Virus record (IMG/VR): IMGVR_UViG_2593339138_000002
DNA: 59,559 bases
Direction: 5' to 3' (one strand)
From: an uncultured virus (IMG/VR IMGVR_UViG_2593339138_000002)
Lineage: Duplodnaviria > Heunggongvirae > Uroviricota > Caudoviricetes
The position numbers and the translations under genes are program-made. Positions 18,684 through 27,272 of the stretch are shown here, in pieces. How positions within the stretch are numbered: the stretch's first letter is position 1; the number at the start of each line of letters is the position of its first letter. The notes beneath the pieces were generated by a model. The model was not told the origin of the DNA and ran no database searches. It saw only the letters and a program-made list of their open reading frames with translations.

Positions 18684-19259
18684 ATGAAAATTGAAGTAAG
18701 AGCTGACGGGCTGCATATAAGCGGCTACGTCAATGTCACAGGCAAGCTGAGCCGCCCTGTGATAACTCCCAGAGGCAAGGTCCTTGAAACTATCGAGGAG
18801 AGAGCTTTCAGCGAGGCTATCAAGAAGAACGGCGACATAACCGTTACCCTCGACCACGATCAGGGACACGCCTATGCAAATACGCGTGACGGTTCACTCG
18901 TTCTTCGTGAAGACGCTATCGGACTTCACGCTGATGTGCTTATCACAGATGAAACAGTCATCGAAATGGCACGCAAGGGCAAGCTGAGAGGCTGGTCCTT
19001 CGGTATGTTCAATGTTAAGGACGAAATGGAGAGCCGCGGCACTGATGAGCTGCCGATCAGGCACGTCAAGAGTCTTGAACTGGACCATGTGTCTCTGATA
19101 AAGGACAAGGTTCCATGTTATGCTGCAACTTCGGTAGAGTGCCGCGCAGACGGTAACGTAGATATGGAACTGCGCTCTCTTGATATCGAGCCTGAGCTTG
19201 TTATCGAGAATAAGCCTGACTTTACGGAGTATGAGAACAGGCTGAAAGCACTGGGATAA
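18684..19259 (+). CDS. HK97-family prohead protease
   Basis: ISGYVN, LDHD, GWSFG, VSLI...PCY. Confidence 0.9.
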   Translation: MKIEVRADGLHISGYVNVTGKLSRPVITPRGKVLETIEERAFSEAIKKNGDITVTLDHDQGHAYANTRDGSLVLREDAIGLHADVLITDETVIEMARKGKLRGWSFGMFNVKDEMESRGTDELPIRHVKSLELDHVSLIKDKVPCYAATSVECRADGNVDMELRSLDIEPELVIENKPDFTEYENRLKALG

Positions 19260-19266
19260 TCCCTTT

Positions 19267-19284
19267 TGTGCAGTCAACTGCACA
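19267..19284. repeat. 18-bp palindrome copy 3
   Basis: tgtgcagtcaactgcaca between protease and capsid. Confidence 0.85.
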
Positions 19285-19354
19285 GTTTAATATGTTAGAA
19301 AGCACCATATAGGTGCTTTTTTTATACCCAAACCAAGAAATGGAGGAATTTATA

Positions 19355-20512
19355 ATGAAAAAGCTTTTTGAGAAAAGAGCACAGAAGAAAGCGGAGCTGG
19401 ACGCTCTGCTCAACAAGGCAAAGACAGAAGAAAGAGCTTTCTCTGCGGAGGAAAAGGCACAGTTCGATGCTCTCGAAGCTGAGATACAGTCCCTTGACGC
19501 TACTATCAAGGCAGAGGAGAGAGCCAAGGGCATTACTGAGCTTCACGCACCTCAGGCGGCTCCCAAGGGCGAGCAGCTCACACAGGAGCAGATCGAGGAG
19601 AGAGCTTTCGCCGACTTTATCAATGGCAAGATCACAGAGATGAGAGCAGGCGAGCAGAACGTTGACTGGACAAACAACAGCGGCGCTATCATTCCCACAA
19701 CGATCGCTAAGCGCATACTTGATGAGATCAAGGACATCTGCCCTATCCTTGCAGGAGCTGATGTCTACCATGAAAAGGGCAAGCTCCAGATACCTAAGTG
19801 GACAAAGGCAAACGGTTCTCACGATGTAACCGTGGGCTATGCTACAGAGTTCACCAAGCTCACCGCCGACAGCGGAAAGTTTGTATCTGTTGACCTGGGA
19901 GGATATCTCGCCGGTGCTCTTGTACTTGTAGGTAAGAGCGTCATCAACAGCTCCGCTGTCAATGTTACTGCATTTGTTATCCGTAAGATAGCAGAAAAGG
20001 CTGCGCAGTTCCTCGAAGGCGAGCTTCTCAAGGGAACAGGCTCAAATGCAGCTGAGGGTGCAACAAAGACTACAAACGTAGTAACAACAGGAACAGCAGG
20101 CTCTATCACTCTTGATGACCTTATCGCTGTTCAGGCAGCTGTAAAGCAGGCGCATCAGAAGAACGCCTGTTGGACAATGAATTCAGCAACATTCACTGCT
20201 ATCAAGCAGATGAAGGATACTAATCAGAGACCTCTCATCGAGCCTGATGTATCTTCCGAGTTCCCTTACAGACTGCTCGGAAAGCCTGTTTATCTGTCTG
20301 ATAACATGGACGGAATTGCTGCAAACAAGCTTGCAGTACTCTACGGCGACTACAGCGGTCTGTCTGTAAACTTCCGCGAGGATATCAGCATTGAGGTGCT
20401 CAGAGAGATGTATCACGATCAGCACGCTATCGGTATCGACTGCTGGTTCGAGTTCGACTCAAAGATCACAGACGAGCAGAAGCTTGCTGTGCTCAAGGTA
20501 AAGGCTTCATAA
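19355..20512 (+). CDS. HK97-fold major capsid protein
   Basis: N-terminal coiled-coil delta domain, GAIIPTTIA, LLGKPV, YGDYS. Confidence 0.93.
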   Translation: MKKLFEKRAQKKAELDALLNKAKTEERAFSAEEKAQFDALEAEIQSLDATIKAEERAKGITELHAPQAAPKGEQLTQEQIEERAFADFINGKITEMRAGEQNVDWTNNSGAIIPTTIAKRILDEIKDICPILAGADVYHEKGKLQIPKWTKANGSHDVTVGYATEFTKLTADSGKFVSVDLGGYLAGALVLVGKSVINSSAVNVTAFVIRKIAEKAAQFLEGELLKGTGSNAAEGATKTTNVVTTGTAGSITLDDLIAVQAAVKQAHQKNACWTMNSATFTAIKQMKDTNQRPLIEPDVSSEFPYRLLGKPVYLSDNMDGIAANKLAVLYGDYSGLSVNFREDISIEVLREMYHDQHAIGIDCWFEFDSKITDEQKLAVLKVKAS

Positions 20513-20572
20513 ATCAAACAGCGGACAGGTGGAGGCTTGTCCGCTAAATTTACTCTGAAAGGCGGCGAGAGC

Positions 20573-20866
20573 ATGAAAATAAGTGAGCTTACCTCTGAGA
20601 TGGTAAAGGACTATACGGGAATATCAGATGATGACAGCGATGACATTGTCGGTACACTGCTGATGCCTGCGGCGAAGGCTTATATCACCGGCTATACAGG
20701 ACTTACGGAGGAGCAGCTTGATGAGCATGATGATCTTGCTGTAGCTTTCTGCGTACTTGTCAACGATATGTTCACTCAGAGGGACTATACAACAAGCATA
20801 CACAGGCAGGTGTCTCCCACAGTCAAGACAATACTCAGCCTTTATGCTGTAAATCATCTGAGGTGA
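20573..20866 (+). CDS. Head-tail connector (gp6-like)
   Basis: Position and AAKAYITGYTG...LVNDMF motif. Confidence 0.8.
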   Translation: MKISELTSEMVKDYTGISDDDSDDIVGTLLMPAAKAYITGYTGLTEEQLDEHDDLAVAFCVLVNDMFTQRDYTTSIHRQVSPTVKTILSLYAVNHLR

Positions 20867-20870
20867 CGGT

Positions 20871-21206
20871 ATGGCTTATACAAAGAAGATCGAGATACAG
20901 CACTATACAGAGTCACAGGACGAGATCGGAAATGACGGTATGGTGTGGGCTGTTCTTATCAGGGCGTGGGCGAAGATTGAGGAGAATGCTTCAGGTAAAG
21001 AGTACTATGAAGCTGCTCAGACAAACTCCGAGAACGATGTAGTGTTTAAGATAAGATACACAAAGGCTCTCGAAAATAAGCTCACTTCAGAGCTTCGCAT
21101 CTCATACAGGGGAGCTTTATATGACATCAAGTCCATCGGAGGACTTGCCGAGAGAGCTCCTGAGCTCACTATAAGAACTGTGCTGCTGAACGGAGGTGTG
21201 AGGTAA
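20871..21206 (+). CDS. Head closure protein
   Basis: WAKI...EYYEA...FKIRY...YDIKSI. Confidence 0.85.
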   Translation: MAYTKKIEIQHYTESQDEIGNDGMVWAVLIRAWAKIEENASGKEYYEAAQTNSENDVVFKIRYTKALENKLTSELRISYRGALYDIKSIGGLAERAPELTIRTVLLNGGVR

Positions 21207-21619
21207 TGGCAAAGGGACATAATCAGCTTATTGCAACACCTGTGGCACTTGTCGCCGCAATGGTTTCGGCTTGTCAGGAATATACTGACGAGGTCAGAGA
21301 AGCAGTAGAGGAAGGCATAATCGAGATAGGACAGGAAGCTGTCGAGCAGATAAAGGTACTTGCTCCCGTATATGAGGGAAGCAACAAGAATACTCCCAAG
21401 GGAGCATATCGCCGCAGCTGGAAATACCGTGTTGACAGACAGCGTGGAAGGATAGAAGTGACTGTCCATGCCAAAAGCCCCCATTACCGCCTTACACATC
21501 TGCTTGAAAACGGTCATCTAAATCGTGACGGAACTACACGTTCAAAGGCTATCCCTCATGTCAGCATAGTCAATTCATTGGCTCAGAAAAAGGTAGACAA
21601 GCTTCTGGAGGAGTTGTAG
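21206..21619 (+). CDS. HK97 gp10-like tail completion protein
   Basis: LTHLLENGH motif; homolog at 54046. Confidence 0.82.
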   Translation: MAKGHNQLIATPVALVAAMVSACQEYTDEVREAVEEGIIEIGQEAVEQIKVLAPVYEGSNKNTPKGAYRRSWKYRVDRQRGRIEVTVHAKSPHYRLTHLLENGHLNRDGTTRSKAIPHVSIVNSLAQKKVDKLLEEL

Positions 21620-21949
21620 ATGGAACTTACAGAGATAAAAAGCAGGCTGGAAAGTCTCGGTATCCCCGTCGCTTATATGCGCTTCAGAAAGCCTCAGAGC
21701 CTTCCATTTGCGGTATACTATGAGTCTGGAACGGAGATAAAGGGAGCAGATAACTATAATCTGTACCGTGATGTTACCATAAATATTGAGCTGTACACCG
21801 AAAAGAAGCAGCCGCAGCTTGAGAGACAGCTGGAAAACTTATTCAGGGACAGGGAGATAGATAAATCTCCCGATATCTATATCAAGGACGAGGATATGTA
21901 CATGACACCATTCTCGTTCGATACTATTCAATACATTGAGGAGGAATGA
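21620..21949 (+). CDS. Tail terminator-like protein
   Basis: PVAY...ADN...IELYT; homolog at 54450. Confidence 0.75.
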   Translation: MELTEIKSRLESLGIPVAYMRFRKPQSLPFAVYYESGTEIKGADNYNLYRDVTINIELYTEKKQPQLERQLENLFRDREIDKSPDIYIKDEDMYMTPFSFDTIQYIEEE

Positions 21950-22524
21950 TCATGAAAAAGGAACTTGACAGAATTGCTTTAGGTTCAGTTGACATCTATA
22001 TGATGGAGTTCACGGGCTCAGCTGTTGCGGATATACCTGCTGACAGTGTGATTGAGACCGAGGCAAATCACATCGGCAGAACAAAGGACGGTGGAGAGAT
22101 CGTTTATTCGGCATCGTTCTATAACGTAAAGTCTGATGACGGAAAGGCAGCGAGAAACGAAATGACCGATGACAGTGCAACTATCTCATTCGGTCTCATC
22201 ACATGGAGCGGTGACACGATAACCAAGCTTGTGCCTACTGCAACAGCTACTGTTACGGGCACCAAGCGCCGTACCCTTATCGGCGGAGTTGCCAACAAGG
22301 ATGACAAGACCTATCTTATTCGCGCAGTCCATAAGGACAAGGTCAAGGGAGATGTGCGCTATACCGCTATTGGCAAGAACGTCAACGGTTTTGCCGCTTC
22401 CTACAGACCTCAGCAGGAGACTACTATCACTCCCAGCATCACGGCAGAGCCATTTGATGACGGCAGACTCATCATTCTTGACGAGGAGGATGTTACAGCT
22501 GCCACAACTGGAGCAGGTGCTTAA
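21946..22524 (+). CDS. Major tail protein
   Basis: Position; LGS...IGRTKDG; close homolog at 54784. Confidence 0.8.
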   Translation: MIMKKELDRIALGSVDIYMMEFTGSAVADIPADSVIETEANHIGRTKDGGEIVYSASFYNVKSDDGKAARNEMTDDSATISFGLITWSGDTITKLVPTATATVTGTKRRTLIGGVANKDDKTYLIRAVHKDKVKGDVRYTAIGKNVNGFAASYRPQQETTITPSITAEPFDDGRLIILDEEDVTAATTGAGA

Positions 22525-22710
22525 ATGTACAGGACGATAGTTTATTTTGAGGACCTTCAGGATGACAGCCACCCCTATAATGTGGGAGACGTCTATCCCC
22601 GTGAGGGCTTTACTCCTTCGGACGAAAGGATCAAGGAGCTTGCCACGGACAAAAATATCCGCGGAATTCCCCTCATAAAGAAGGAAGAACACAAACCAAA
22701 GAAGAAATGA
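22525..22710 (+). CDS. Small conserved phage structural-module protein
   Basis: YFEDLQD..PYNVGDVYPREG...RIKEL; homolog at 55373. Confidence 0.7.
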   Translation: MYRTIVYFEDLQDDSHPYNVGDVYPREGFTPSDERIKELATDKNIRGIPLIKKEEHKPKKK

Positions 22711-22713
22711 TAC

Positions 22714-22740
22714 AGGCGAGCTTATTGCTCGCCTTTTTCT
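22714..22740 (+). terminator. Rho-independent terminator
   Basis: aggcgagc-ttatt-gctcgcct-ttttct. Confidence 0.7.
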
Positions 22741-22755
22741 GTAAAGGAGTATATC

Positions 22756-23022
22756 ATGAGACGATTTAACTTCAGACTGGATAACGGTACAGCACTTACA
22801 ATACAGCCTCCTACACTGAGAATGTATTATAAGGAGCTTCTGACAGCAAAGAACGATCCACAGCTGTTCAATGCTGTGGCTCATATCTGTGACAGGAACG
22901 ATGAAGGAATAACAGTTACCGAGGAATATGTAGTCGATAACTTTACTGTTGACGACCTCAGCCGCTTTATGAGAGAACTTCCCGAGTGGATCAACAGCGA
23001 AAGGAAGGCTGACCCAAACTGA
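22756..23022 (+). CDS. Tail assembly chaperone G
   Basis: Between major tail and TMP; ends in slippery CCCAAAC-TGA. Confidence 0.75.
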   Translation: MRRFNFRLDNGTALTIQPPTLRMYYKELLTAKNDPQLFNAVAHICDRNDEGITVTEEYVVDNFTVDDLSRFMRELPEWINSERKADPN

Positions 23023-23282
23023 CGGTACCTTATTCTCCGTGCAAAAGCGAGGATAAGGTGTATTATAAATGCGTGTCAAGCGACATGAAGGTAGTATCTG
23101 ACTATACACTGCTTGATTTTTCTCAGATAGACGGACTTGAAGTGTTCGATTATTACGGCTATCTTCATGACGCTGTTGTCTGGAATTGCAGCAGATCAGA
23201 AGCAGGGCGTGACTACCTTGAGGACGCATATATGCACAGCCGGACCGAGCCTGACAGAGCTGCGCTTAAAAATATCAAGTAA
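23019..23282 (+). CDS. Tail assembly chaperone T part (-1 frameshift extension)
   Basis: -1 frame open from 23019, in frame with ORF 23058-23282. Confidence 0.7.
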   Translation: MTVPYSPCKSEDKVYYKCVSSDMKVVSDYTLLDFSQIDGLEVFDYYGYLHDAVVWNCSRSEAGRDYLEDAYMHSRTEPDRAALKNIK

Positions 23283-23293
23283 GGAGGGAGAAA

Positions 23294-26200
23294 ATGGCAA
23301 GCAATAAAATAAAAGGACTTACAGTTCAGATTGGAGCTGATACCCTCGGACTTGATACAGCTCTCAAAGGTATCGAGCAGAAGACAAAAAAGGCTGCCGA
23401 TGAGCTGAAGGACGTAAATAAAACAATAAGGATCACAGGTGAGTCGGCAACACTGTGGGATCAGAAACAGAAGCTGCTCAATACTGCTCTCGATGAAAGC
23501 AAAAAGAAGCTCGGCACTCTTATCGAAGCGCAGTCGCAGGTCAAAAAACAGCTTGCAGATAAGACGATCACGGGAGAACAGTACCGAGCTTTTCAGCGTG
23601 AAGTCGAATATGCAAAAAGCGCTGTTGATAAGTACGAAAAAGAGCTTGCAGAGGCAAAGGACAAGGTAGGGGAGCTTGGAAGTGCTTCTGACGCTGCCGC
23701 AAGGGAAGTAGATGACTTCGGAGATGAAACCTCGGAGGCAGCCGAAAAGGCAGATAAAGCTTCAAAGGGCGGTCTTACAGCTGTAGCCGTTGCCCTCGGC
23801 AATTTTATCTATGACGCGGCGAAAAAAGCAACTCAGGAGATAGTCGGTTTCGGCAAAGAGATAGTGTCAACGGGAATGACATTTGAAAGCTCCATGTCAA
23901 GCGTGGAAGCGATCTCAGGAGCCACTGCCGAGGAGCTTGAACAGCTGGAAGAAAAAGCCAAGGAAATGGGCGCAACAACAAAATTCACAGCCGCAGAGTC
24001 AGCCGACGCTTTCGGATATATGGCTCTTGCAGGCTGGAATGTAAGCGATATGCTCAGCGGTATCGACGGAGTTCTTGAACTTGCGGCTTCCTCAAATATG
24101 GACCTTGCAAAGGCGTCTGATATCGTTACGGACTATCTAACCGCTTTCGGCCTTACAGCGCAGGACTCCTCACGGTTCGTCGATATAATGACGTATGCTA
24201 TGGCTAATTCAAACACCACTACGGAAATGCTTGGAGAAGCCTACAAGAATTGCGCCGCTACTGCCGCTTCAATGGGATATTCAGTCGAAGATACAACAGC
24301 CGTACTCATGACCATGGCGAATGCTGGTATCAAGGGCGGAGAGGCAGGAACAGCTCTCAACGCTATAATGACACGTCTGGCGACTGATACAAAAAACTGT
24401 GCTACCGAGCTTGCAGAGTATGGCGTCAACGTATATGATGCTGAGGGTAATATGCAGAGCCTTTCAAGCATACTTGAAGGAGTTTCGGATCACTGGGAGA
24501 CTCTGACTGATCAGGAGCAGGCAAACCTTGCAAAGATGCTTGCAGGCACCAACCATTATGCAGCTTTGCAGACGATCATGAGCGGACTATCCGACACCGC
24601 TGAAGAAGCAGGTATGTCCTTCGGAGACTATACCAAGGCTCTTGAAGAATGTGAGGGCGCGGCAACTGATATGTCGCACACTATGATAGACAATCTTCAG
24701 GGAGATATGACCATACTTGACAGCGCCGTTGACGGTATGAAGCTTTCTCTTGCAGATGAACTCAATCCTGCTCTCAGGGATGTTGTCCAGTATGTTACAA
24801 AGCAGATGCCAAATATCCAGAAGGTAATGAAGCCCATTGCAGAAGGCGCAGGAAAGCTGATAAAAGGTATAACTGACAATCTCCCTGCCGTTATGGCAGT
24901 CATTAAGCAGAGAGCTCTGCCGGTCATAGAAGTACTTGGCGGAGCACTCAAGAACGCCTATGAGGGCGCTAAATGGCTGGTGGAGAAACTTCCCGGTGTC
25001 AGTGGATTTGTCCGCGATGTAAAAAATGTCAAGCTGTTCAGTGAACTGACAGAGGATGCGAGAGCGCTTAATGACGGTATCAGGAAAGATATCGAAAAAA
25101 TGCGTGAGCTCCGCGATACTGCAAGAGAGCAGACAGAGACAGACCTTGCCGAAACCTATAAGACAGAGGCTTTATATGAAGAACTCAAGGGGCTGGTAGA
25201 TGAAAACGGCAAAGTAAAAAAAGGCTATGAGGACAGAGTTAACTACATTATCGGAGAACTACAGCAGGCAACAGGCATAGAAATACAGCAGGTCGATGGA
25301 GTTATACAGAAATACGATGAGCTTCAGGCTAAGATAGAGGAAACCATCAAGAAGCAGCGTGCTCAGATATTCGAGAAGAACTATACCGAGATGTATAGTG
25401 AGGCACTTGTGCAGAACGGTCAGGCTGCGAGCAAAATCGCCGAAGCACAGAAGACCCGAGAGGAAAACCAAGCCTACATCGATGACCTTAACAGCCGCGT
25501 AAAAGCCATGTTCCAGCCGGGCGGCAAAATGTATAACTCAGACATCACATATGATATGGTCGGAGAAGTCAGTGATGGCTCCATTGAGAAAATGAAAAAA
25601 TGGGGTATCATCAATGATGAGGAATATGTTAAGGCAGGCAGAGCTCTCAATAATGTTATGAATTCATCAGACAGTCTCGCCCGGCTTTACGCCGAAATCA
25701 GGAACAACAATCATATCATCGAGCAGTACGAAAAAGCCGAGGAGGCTCTTGCCAACGGCAATTATTCAGATGCACAAGGGTTATTTGCGAGCATTGATAA
25801 CGCTTCTGTAGCTTCCTTTGGGAAGATAGAGGATAATGTTGATGAGGCTGTGGAGCATTACAAGGAAGCCGTTGATGATGTGGGGCGTAAGATCGAAGCT
25901 GTTACCGATGAGAAAATAAAGTACGGTGATACTGCAATAAAAGCCGAAATAACCGAGCTTGTTGACAAAATGAAAACTGACGGACTGAAAGGTGCTGATA
26001 TGCTTGCTACGGGCATTGTTGATAAACTTTCAGCAATAGACGGCTTTGACACATCTGCACTTAAAGAGTTTATGGCACAGACGGGCGTTGATCTCGGCGA
26101 TATCCTTGCAACTACATCGTTTGAACAGATGAGCAGCTCTCTTCGTTCTGCTGTGACAGAGCTGCTGTATTCACAGAATGACCTTATTTATAACACTATA

Positions 26201-26530
26201 AACAGCCCAAGCGATGCAAGACTATATGGTGAAGGAAGATACGATATAGGTTATGCTCATCATGCAACCGGCGGCACCATAGGCATAGGACAGCAGGGTA
26301 TTGTCGCAGAGGCAGGTCCCGAGCTCCTTCAGGTAATGAACGGCGGTATCAAGATCACTCCGCTGAGCCGCACGGCAACGAACACCCCCGTCGGAGCAGG
26401 CAGTGGTACGACTATCAACAACTACAACAACACCGTCTACGCGACGGTGAGAGGCAAATACGACGTATACGGCATGGCTGAGGACATGGCAACAGCCGAG
26501 CGCCGTATCGAGCAGGGAAAAGGCAGGTGA
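23294..26530 (+). CDS. Tape measure protein (TP901-like core)
   Basis: 1078 aa, IKGLTVQIGADT start, AKEMGATTKFTA...YMALAGW. Confidence 0.93.
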   Translation: MASNKIKGLTVQIGADTLGLDTALKGIEQKTKKAADELKDVNKTIRITGESATLWDQKQKLLNTALDESKKKLGTLIEAQSQVKKQLADKTITGEQYRAFQREVEYAKSAVDKYEKELAEAKDKVGELGSASDAAAREVDDFGDETSEAAEKADKASKGGLTAVAVALGNFIYDAAKKATQEIVGFGKEIVSTGMTFESSMSSVEAISGATAEELEQLEEKAKEMGATTKFTAAESADAFGYMALAGWNVSDMLSGIDGVLELAASSNMDLAKASDIVTDYLTAFGLTAQDSSRFVDIMTYAMANSNTTTEMLGEAYKNCAATAASMGYSVEDTTAVLMTMANAGIKGGEAGTALNAIMTRLATDTKNCATELAEYGVNVYDAEGNMQSLSSILEGVSDHWETLTDQEQANLAKMLAGTNHYAALQTIMSGLSDTAEEAGMSFGDYTKALEECEGAATDMSHTMIDNLQGDMTILDSAVDGMKLSLADELNPALRDVVQYVTKQMPNIQKVMKPIAEGAGKLIKGITDNLPAVMAVIKQRALPVIEVLGGALKNAYEGAKWLVEKLPGVSGFVRDVKNVKLFSELTEDARALNDGIRKDIEKMRELRDTAREQTETDLAETYKTEALYEELKGLVDENGKVKKGYEDRVNYIIGELQQATGIEIQQVDGVIQKYDELQAKIEETIKKQRAQIFEKNYTEMYSEALVQNGQAASKIAEAQKTREENQAYIDDLNSRVKAMFQPGGKMYNSDITYDMVGEVSDGSIEKMKKWGIINDEEYVKAGRALNNVMNSSDSLARLYAEIRNNNHIIEQYEKAEEALANGNYSDAQGLFASIDNASVASFGKIEDNVDEAVEHYKEAVDDVGRKIEAVTDEKIKYGDTAIKAEITELVDKMKTDGLKGADMLATGIVDKLSAIDGFDTSALKEFMAQTGVDLGDILATTSFEQMSSSLRSAVTELLYSQNDLIYNTINSPSDARLYGEGRYDIGYAHHATGGTIGIGQQGIVAEAGPELLQVMNGGIKITPLSRTATNTPVGAGSGTTINNYNNTVYATVRGKYDVYGMAEDMATAERRIEQGKGR

Positions 26531-26534
26531 TAGC

Positions 26535-27272
26535 ATGAGCACATTTATTTTTAACGGCATCAGCTCCGACACTCTGGGACTGATAATCACAACTCCGATG
26601 ATCCGCCCTACATGGCAGCCCGAAAGGGATTTTACGGCTATACCGGGCAGACCTCAGCAGTCATCGCACGAAAAACAATGGTACCCCAATGCTGAGCTTA
26701 CAGCATACGCAGTGATCACAGATGCAAGCGCTGAGAAACTGCATGATATCTATGCCAAACTTCGCGGCTACGGAGTGCTGAGTATATCGACAGCACCAGA
26801 TGAGATACTCTACGCATTTGTACACCTGCCCGTCCCCGAGGCTAAGGCTCTGCTCATGGCGGAACTGCCTATTGTATTCGAGTGTGAGCCTTTTGCCTAC
26901 GCAGCGGCGGAAAAGGCTGTTGATATCACGGAGACAAATCCGTATAAGCGCGTAGACGTCGAGGGCACTGTATTCTGCGATCCCACGATAGAGTTCGTGC
27001 CGTCACAGGCAAGCACCGATATCAACTGCAACGGCAAGGTGATACAAGTCAAAACACCGCAGGAGATCATCGGAGCAGGCTATCCGGACACATACAGCAT
27101 AACGCTTGACTGTGACGCGCAGCTTGCATACTATACCCGTCCGAGCGGTGACAAGGTCGCCTGCACGGAGCTGACCAAGGGACCGTTTCCGCGGCTCCAT
27201 ATCGCGGACAACTACATCATCAACAGCGGCGTGCAGTCTGCCGAGATACGCTATAGGGAGAGGTGGTACTAA
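26535..27272 (+). CDS. Distal tail protein (Dit)
   Basis: MSTFIFNGISS, IPGR, FECEPFAY, ends RERWY; follows TMP. Confidence 0.8.
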   Translation: MSTFIFNGISSDTLGLIITTPMIRPTWQPERDFTAIPGRPQQSSHEKQWYPNAELTAYAVITDASAEKLHDIYAKLRGYGVLSISTAPDEILYAFVHLPVPEAKALLMAELPIVFECEPFAYAAAEKAVDITETNPYKRVDVEGTVFCDPTIEFVPSQASTDINCNGKVIQVKTPQEIIGAGYPDTYSITLDCDAQLAYYTRPSGDKVACTELTKGPFPRLHIADNYIINSGVQSAEIRYRERWY

